DNA from: a virus
Taxonomy: Duplodnaviria > Caudoviricetes
DNA length: 53,395 nucleotides
Reading direction: 5' to 3' (one strand)
Virus record (IMG/VR): IMGVR_UViG_3300009184_000059
Span: 1-53,395 of that record
The notes under the pieces were generated by a model. The model saw nothing but the letters and a program-made list of their open reading frames with translations. It was not told the DNA's origin and did no database searches. Of the stretch, positions 48,801 to 53,395 are shown piece after piece. Position 1 is the first letter of the stretch, and the number at the start of each line of letters is the position of its first letter. Position numbers and translations under genes: made by a program.

Positions 48801-51800
48801 ACCCGGCTTTAATCTAATGCTATCTAACTCGACGACATAATCATCTCTCATGCCGCTCTTCATGTTCTCGTAAGTTTGTATCAAGAAATCAGGAATATCT
48901 CCTGTTCCTTCGATAACATTGCCGTTATCGTCATCTAAGACTATATTTTCAGTACCATCTTGCTTCCTCACAAAGCCTTTAAATGGTGAAGTAAGTTTAG
49001 AGTACAAGTTGGATAAACGTAAGACTAATGTATCGCCGAGGACATCTTCCGACCTATTAACAGAGAAATCTAAAACAGATTGTAAGCCGTAGAAATTGTC
49101 GAAAAGTTTAACTCCACCAAATCGCCCACCTTCGTCAATTAGCCAAAGCATGTAGGTTGGGAAAGCTTTAATCATCCTTCCATTATTATCCCTATACTTA
49201 GCATCATTCATGATGAGCTCGTATTGGCCAGCAGGGTCTAAAGAATTGTAGGCATAAGGGCTCTGATGTTTCCCTCCAGGAGTCAAACCCTCAATAGTGG
49301 GAGTCATAGTTGAAGGTACAGCAGTATCTTCAATAAACCTTCCGGAAACTTCGCCTCCGCCACCAAAAACCGGTTCAGAATCATCGCTGCCCTGCGTGCC
49401 CACTCTTACGTCTCCACCATTTGTTATGTCTATAACGGCGCTAGTGTCTTGGTCATCGCCTACGGATATAAGATGATGCCTAATAGTTGCAAATGGAGCA
49501 TACGAGTTAGTCTTTTTTTCTGTATAGTTTTCAACCTTGACATCTACACCAAAAGGCGAGATATTGTCGTCGGCGCTCTTTGAGTTCGGGTCATCCTCAT
49601 CCTTTGACAGAACCTCCCCATTGGGCCCTATTTTGATCTTAGAGGCATCTCCGGGGTCTGGTGGCATACTGCCCCAATAAGTCAGGTCATCATCAATGGT
49701 GGTGAATGCGCGAAAGTAGAAATCTGGATCCATCGTACCGATAGTTTCGCCAGTATCTTTGTCTTTAATGTAAAGAGGGAAATCTGGATAGGCGTTAAAG
49801 CGTCCCCATGCCTGCTTTACCCTTAAGAATGGATTTCTTTTACCAAAAAGTTCAACTAGTTCATTTTGCTGTTCTGAAGAAAGTTTTTCACGTTTCTGCT
49901 GAAAAACATCAAAGTCAATAAAAGATAGCCTAACATTATAAACCCTTGGAAAACCTGGGACTGTATCGACCTCATATGTTAAAGGTATGACATACTTTAT
50001 GCCAGCTAAACCGGTTAGTTCATTTTTGATGCCAAGGAAACCTAGTACGCCGTGAGCGTGTTCTAGCCTTGCAAGGCCACCTATTCTTTCAAACATTCTT
50101 CTTATCCTAATGAGGTTATCCTCACCTAGGACTATCATGTTTATGTCAAGCCTATTATCTCCGCCACCTATGTGTTGATAAGTAGGTTCATCGTGAAGCT
50201 GTATTTGATGTTTTGCAAAATTATTCGATAGGGATACAGTTATACCTTGGATAAAAATTGATTTCTCGTCAAATACCAATTCATCCATAGGGACTTCCCA
50301 CTCTTGGAGTGTGAACTTACCATTCTTGTATTGGTAGTTTTCAATGTATTTGCGGTAGAAAGGTGTGTTTGCAAAGCCCTCAAACATTGCTGAGAACCAC
50401 ATATCCTTTAGTTGCTTACGATAATTTACTTCTTCGTTTATAGTATTTATCTTGCCATCTTTTTTTAGTTTATCGACTCTTGTGTCAATAAACTTATTCA
50501 TATTAGCAATATTCATTTCTTCGGATGTTATCTTTGAGTATTTTAAAAACTCAAATATGAATGTCCACTCATTGGTATATGTTGTAATTTTTTGAGAATA
50601 GTTTGTAACCGTGTCGTACAAAACTTCAGGGTATTGATCTACGTCTACTCCTATTTTCCCTAGGAACTTATCCCAAAGGCTCTTATCCCTCTCGTAGTCG
50701 CTGCTGCCTACATCCATGTCTTCTTTAGGTTGCCTAAACATGGAATCGTCAGGTGCAAATATCTCTGTGCTTGCTTTTGCCGGATAATAGAATTTAATTC
50801 TAGTCGTATCTTCTGACCACGTTTTCCTGGTGGGCCTAGAAAAAGGTTGCTCGTAAGCCTGCTCAATTTGCCAAGATGGTTTTGGATTACCCTCTAGAGC
50901 TATTCCGTCGCTTCCCTCTGAGCCTGGGTCTGTAAGGAATCCCATTTTGTAAGAGTCCTGAATGGCTTTAGCTGCACGACCCATATATTGCCTAAACCTA
51001 CCCCAATGGACTGCTTGATTAAAGTCCTCTATCATAGGCATAAAGACCTTATGATTGAACTTCATCATGTTAAGAGTAACGGAAACACAGAATGGGAAAT
51101 TCTCTATAGTACTTATACTCATACTGTTCAAGGTGACGCCAGATATGTTCCACGCCTGATTGAGGTATTGGTTGCGCACCGGCAAAAATGGAGCATACTT
51201 GAACTGAGCTATTAAGCCTCTAAGGGATGAAATAAAATAGTCTATTTTCTCGTCGCTAGTTTCTTCTATATCATCAAAGTTAAAAGTTGTTGTGGGATTT
51301 TCTTCACTAGTTATAATACCCCAAATAGACTCTAGCCCAGGAAAATATAGAGTAACCTGTATTGCTGTCTCGCTATTTCCCGAATTGAATTTCGGTGAAG
51401 TCGGCTGCCTAATTGCTCCGCCAGACAGACTACCGCTCTTGAAGAACTGCGATACCTTAACATCAATTGGTGGGACGAAAAACTTTGATCCGCCAATTCT
51501 CATTTCCCATGGCTGGACAGCTTGCGGCTCATTATTGGGTCTAGTAAATTCTAAGTTGAATGCATTCTCTAGTAGATCTTCAGTCCTGTACTGGAAATTT
51601 GAAGCCATAGTTAATGGCTCATGACTAAAGACGCTCATGAATGATTCGGCGAAGACCTTAGTGGGATCGTTATCGCCAGTTTCTGCTATAATAGCATTCG
51701 TCTGAGCATATTTGAGGCTCTGGTACTGGTCAAGGATATCCGGAAGCTCCGGCAATGCCGCCACCGCCTGCCTATACAGTCCGGCTTGTTCAGAGTTCAC

Positions 51801-52298
51801 CTTTTCGCCAGTGCTGTCTATTTTATTACTGCTTGTCCTTAGCTCGTCTAATTTATCTAGAACAGTTCTATACTCGTACGGCAATCTAGACACATTACCA
51901 AGGTCGTCCCTTGACTCCCTAATAGCGTCTAATACTTTTTCCGAGTCTCTAAGAATTATACCAAAGCCGAATAATGTATCTAAATCCTCTACCGCCGAGG
52001 TAATATCGTCTCTATCGTAACCATAGAACGAAGTCTGATGCGCCACATTAAGACTCGTTGTTATATACTCTTTCGTTTGTATCTTACCCTTAGTTTTTAA
52101 GAAATACTCCACAGCTTTAATAGCTATGGATTCTGGTATTTCTGTGGTCGCACCTATAGGGTCTTCGCCCTGGTCCCATTCTAAATTGTTAGGATACTTG
52201 ATTAGCCATTGATCTAACGGTTCATAAACTTCACTTCGCTTAAAACCAAAAGTTGTTATCAAAACATCAATTATGTCATCTACTGTATATTTAGACAA
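42861..52298 (-). CDS. 3145-aa baseplate hub-like protein with RlpA-like and C-terminal thermonuclease domains
   Basis: Hub motifs LKPGVRVHLRMGYG...VFNGVI and GELVIIGRADIRPHDLI..GIFEVEAV; SNase motifs DGDT, RFAGINTPE, DTYGRTLA and INWELVAAGFA. Confidence 0.75.
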   Translation of the reverse strand: MSKYTVDDIIDVLITTFGFKRSEVYEPLDQWLIKYPNNLEWDQGEDPIGATTEIPESIAIKAVEYFLKTKGKIQTKEYITTSLNVAHQTSFYGYDRDDITSAVEDLDTLFGFGIILRDSEKVLDAIRESRDDLGNVSRLPYEYRTVLDKLDELRTSSNKIDSTGEKVNSEQAGLYRQAVAALPELPDILDQYQSLKYAQTNAIIAETGDNDPTKVFAESFMSVFSHEPLTMASNFQYRTEDLLENAFNLEFTRPNNEPQAVQPWEMRIGGSKFFVPPIDVKVSQFFKSGSLSGGAIRQPTSPKFNSGNSETAIQVTLYFPGLESIWGIITSEENPTTTFNFDDIEETSDEKIDYFISSLRGLIAQFKYAPFLPVRNQYLNQAWNISGVTLNSMSISTIENFPFCVSVTLNMMKFNHKVFMPMIEDFNQAVHWGRFRQYMGRAAKAIQDSYKMGFLTDPGSEGSDGIALEGNPKPSWQIEQAYEQPFSRPTRKTWSEDTTRIKFYYPAKASTEIFAPDDSMFRQPKEDMDVGSSDYERDKSLWDKFLGKIGVDVDQYPEVLYDTVTNYSQKITTYTNEWTFIFEFLKYSKITSEEMNIANMNKFIDTRVDKLKKDGKINTINEEVNYRKQLKDMWFSAMFEGFANTPFYRKYIENYQYKNGKFTLQEWEVPMDELVFDEKSIFIQGITVSLSNNFAKHQIQLHDEPTYQHIGGGDNRLDINMIVLGEDNLIRIRRMFERIGGLARLEHAHGVLGFLGIKNELTGLAGIKYVIPLTYEVDTVPGFPRVYNVRLSFIDFDVFQQKREKLSSEQQNELVELFGKRNPFLRVKQAWGRFNAYPDFPLYIKDKDTGETIGTMDPDFYFRAFTTIDDDLTYWGSMPPDPGDASKIKIGPNGEVLSKDEDDPNSKSADDNISPFGVDVKVENYTEKKTNSYAPFATIRHHLISVGDDQDTSAVIDITNGGDVRVGTQGSDDSEPVFGGGGEVSGRFIEDTAVPSTMTPTIEGLTPGGKHQSPYAYNSLDPAGQYELIMNDAKYRDNNGRMIKAFPTYMLWLIDEGGRFGGVKLFDNFYGLQSVLDFSVNRSEDVLGDTLVLRLSNLYSKLTSPFKGFVRKQDGTENIVLDDDNGNVIEGTGDIPDFLIQTYENMKSGMRDDYVVELDSIRLKPGVRVHLRMGYGANPNSLDTVFNGVITSVQAGDIVEVVAQSDAIELGQYINSTNKKGHSGKIDGSIGTGFYLSEPRDLMVRLLSMGSSRFKEAFAHATRGQVFSESRFGIRHFGSILYEPLNDLERQKHALRAKSIENKLQSVAGTGKISEALTPNLSDVSSQDVKEIADGQDTSYHEMLGGNFSSFIGGAGVRMPMIGLMQSMWTNFFTKRDFEIFKRNIYPGNGTGVAQYLGGDVLDAGTIVLEAAGVKGPDLYNFINGNSSNNIFQGTVGSGPNQTQDAKTIWKDTLLNLSLSGQRIDSLGSPQNDTAPDPDAAVNQTPKVNDGDIDFPSGVENLLNTGMGTGVPMAGTLIEGGLNFANAVFNNKGSMANNPILQTLGLVQPGEADDDLPGFDEVSFRAQTYMKTVWDMFRLCASLLPNYIVAVRPFEDRSTVFYGKPHWLYTSGVIPLSTGVPKGDDKIQFEGPDEDFQNLLREATNRANPIADYEEQMKFMQEVNTANPFTTKSGLDNNAQKYASANVVSTLPSEQGGAKIPHKSGKAKLGKHVTGKPVRMPKGKDELLELALNTVQQKINEYSLKLTEEDRDRGQTVETQTALADWEAKQKILRGDIPDQEEKINELLDNPSIISNDDRYSLAPLEDYHKEIEELPDQYKFSNWQTFRNNYPVLNSPEEEQWHIKMRWPYLNWQEVLGKTWENAEGIAQGFDRLEDYTGKRIAVANPVTNKVVICAILDDGPDDVTYKAELSPDTYFILGLDKSPDTECYFGFVEKSVALGPASGKYSYGYNAFDADNRIPVPAPTTVEVPGIGNFTSKTRDYTAFVQPFQGTERMIEQLFPGEAFPNRSSRFDKYKELYEKNYFATSFLYGWMQGDNQEGANYKTEGPRQSGFYGKLGTEPDAGGFADAKYVEKYISAVTNQLKSGDTNGAQGMYDIVGEYARRIYDEDYNKRRAAVVLDPDFEAYYTNYYGDKEKASKAALETAESFNVIRKKFTNNFTGIAESEAESVWDQFRRRWHIREDTEFTEIKDAATKFILNHLRVLPASTDEQLLSQLKDPLWLDGLSSDIKDAPEFSEDPLDKILYSTNMTKIVNNFKMLLWRLPFARAWLAITTSRNTGSTAYTAAGAVVGAAVSGGNVATGAIAGYAAEQTFKALGSPDDFNFGKSEVTKLWNWYLGVNEDGGAAKELFSPDGISDLIEAAALKDPNNFTGLNAPTTVATGSYADIYKHPRIVDGLVKALERYNTPGMKGKTDIEQTAEKIKNVWDQTIGALFSTISSALSGVVGMFRLSLMEMGYGMGMLGAMQQQANILNKAFNDSIYYGIGEPGSAIWLADNPFTREYGEPVIEIREPFQRFHYLNSFQDIIDNGIQEKLDNVPTVITASSDGKYPVTVYFDKGSSPEKQFEIGIETGLFWDNARGSGFFGFLHPLLHPIETMRGLTKSATGSSDEILSRRVGLYNLKEGLKDIYGGELVIIGRADIRPHDLIYLADTYERMYGIFEVEAVTQHLTSDMGFVTSITPNAMVTINDPARWTFQSWVWSMFGVQDTRNHTRHLLSVTADKSARAYNAVLGITKDNGEVDMTALAESIQDSLRGNVQFTGGNSALVKDIATHSATGYMKPGGSRFGPTGDASEQAAGMANSVFNSPFITAFSMIPIIGSGIVDMAWSGWEWVRDNLLDQHGCYIQYLTKNGQPMDAGLSFNQGVAVGTHHTLNVLPGILGLEVKTTENGHRRITANDLMAQLGWQEIEIASVQKQVSWWNNYWNAKVLELAGKGPDPITIAPPNAYLARVLEVSDTDDNRNGITDGDTIKVQKVDKDGNDIPGSPIDVRFAGINTPELEFKVDLQRNESTDKAYLARQFVEKRLITDPVSKGFKPIVAIRESVGAGTTGGKSSTDTYGRTLAIIFHETGSTDPEQTSTDRANKLLERATAWPLIPWDTFAPNGSAYTINWELVAAGFAYTDMGGVRRNDPDRGYSSGRYQGYN

Positions 52299-52299
52299 A

Positions 52300-52746
52300 T
52301 CAAACCAACCTGTTTAAAGCTTTAATGTTTTTCATCAATGCTTTTGAGTTTTGAGCAAATCTTCCTGTAGCCCTATTAGTAAATGAACTTTTCGCGGCAG
52401 CGCCGAGTGTCCCTGTTCCGCTCACATTACCCAACGTTGGGGCTGAATGATTCCTTTTAAGCGAACTCATATATCCACCGCCGTTCATTTGTAGATGAAT
52501 TGATTTTCCGCCCTTAAAGCCAGCAGAAGACCCTGCAGTTCTTGGCCCATTTGGGGAAACCATCTGAGATGATGCGTCTTGCGAAACTTGTTTTAAGCCA
52601 GTAATACTAGCTTTACCACTACTAATTCTAGCAGATGACTTCCTGTAAAGTTGTGTAACTGAAGGTATTTCATTTGGAGAAAGCTTTGAGCCTACGTTGG
52701 GTTGCCCAACAGCACTTCTATACCTACTGTTTTGATCCTTTAACAT
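52300..52746 (-). CDS. basic Ser/Gly-rich hypothetical protein
   Basis: 148-aa ORF coupled to its neighbours. Confidence 0.6.
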   Translation of the reverse strand: MLKDQNSRYRSAVGQPNVGSKLSPNEIPSVTQLYRKSSARISSGKASITGLKQVSQDASSQMVSPNGPRTAGSSAGFKGGKSIHLQMNGGGYMSSLKRNHSAPTLGNVSGTGTLGAAAKSSFTNRATGRFAQNSKALMKNIKALNRLV

Positions 52747-52749
52747 ATA

Positions 52750-53395
52750 TCACCTAAACGAACCATTGATAGCCTCTTCTATTGGCGATCTTTTTCTTTG
52801 GTAACCTCTTGTTTGATAATTAGAGGTCCTGACATCGGCACCGGTTAGATTGCCCATAGAGTTAGAAAACTCTTCTGGGTTAAAATTACCAGTAGCTCTA
52901 ACCCTATAAGTAACGCCACTTTGTCCAGATTGCTGGGAAATTGGATTGATTTCCTGACCACCAGTTTTTTGCCCGCTATAAAAAGAACCGCCAGGGAGCA
53001 TAGGTGGCCCAGCAAGATCCTCGGGTGTACGATCTTTTACCTTTTGATATATAGCAGAAAATGCAACTAAACCACCAGTGGCTATGGCTGCTTTTCTAAA
53101 CGTCTTGTGTTCAAATAACTCTTTCATACTGGAAAGATTTATCCTCTTTAGCCTACTAGCAGACTCTGCCCCTGCAGAGACTACATCGTCAGAAGCGTTT
53201 CTAGCGGCCCTCGCGCGCCCGTAGGCTGCACGTCCCGGAGCCATCTCGGGCATGTCCTCTATGGCCCTAGCGACCTCCTGTGGCCTCTCGTTGGGAATGA
53301 CCTCTTCCCTTACAAACTTAGCCATGCCCCCCATATCTTGGGTGGCCGGAACCTGGCCACTTTTTGCATTACCCAGGTTCTTAAACCATGACAAT
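52750..53395 (-). CDS. C-terminal part of a larger gene, probably tape-measure-like (truncated by the window edge)
   Basis: The frame is open to the window end; amphipathic KAAIATGGLVAFSAI segment; lies upstream of the hub gene. Confidence 0.45.
   Translation of the reverse strand, partial: LSWFKNLGNAKSGQVPATQDMGGMAKFVREEVIPNERPQEVARAIEDMPEMAPGRAAYGRARAARNASDDVVSAGAESASRLKRINLSSMKELFEHKTFRKAAIATGGLVAFSAIYQKVKDRTPEDLAGPPMLPGGSFYSGQKTGGQEINPISQQSGQSGVTYRVRATGNFNPEEFSNSMGNLTGADVRTSNYQTRGYQRKRSPIEEAINGSFR

Noticed and set aside
1897-52020. Many 60-140 aa plus-strand ORFs and short nested minus-strand ORFs in the track
   Set aside because: All lie antisense to or inside long motif-bearing genes and have no recognisable motifs; treated as shadow ORFs.
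37774-52298. eCIS/T6SS/tailocin rather than a phage
   Set aside because: It is contiguous with phage-type helicase, RNR, ThyX and holin genes, and no T6SS membrane complex or eCIS ATPase is seen.
1-53395. Stop-codon reassignment, CRISPR array, tRNA genes, diversity-generating retroelement
   Set aside because: Code 11 gives near-complete coding density with TAA, TGA and TAG all used as stops. I saw no repeat-spacer array, cloverleaf or reverse transcriptase, though inspection was by eye only.

Overview
This window is a 53.4 kb piece of a large, AT-rich (roughly 40% GC by eye) tailed phage genome, probably a jumbo-type myovirus. All credible genes are on the minus strand, tightly packed with TAATG/ATGA overlaps. 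Reading in transcription order (right to left), the window holds: (1) the C-terminal end of a probable tape-measure-type gene. (2) A 3145-aa baseplate-hub-like protein with an internal RlpA-like barrel and a C-terminal staphylococcal-nuclease domain. (3) Three paralogues sharing an N-terminal module but carrying different cell-wall hydrolase heads (SLT, M23, M23). (4) Spike, gp25-like and baseplate-J genes, then a metallophosphoesterase. (5) Two ~2000-aa virion proteins and four paralogous baseplate/tail proteins. (6) A holin cassette. (7) Nucleotide metabolism genes (class II RNR, ThyX, dCMP deaminase). (8) Seven GT-A glycosyltransferases plus a sugar O-acetyltransferase. (9) Replication genes (endonuclease, DnaB-like helicase, RecB/Cas4-like and HD proteins). 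The holin type, a leaderless extended -10 promoter and a high-GC LamG insert suggest an actinobacterial host (inference). The most striking signal is the 2027-aa virion protein. It carries 15 dispersed, codon-diverse Ala-Thr-Pro tripeptides (28 [AS][ST]P in total), a candidate acceptor sequon for the phage's own glycosyltransferase array. All calls come from reading motifs by eye; no database searches were run.
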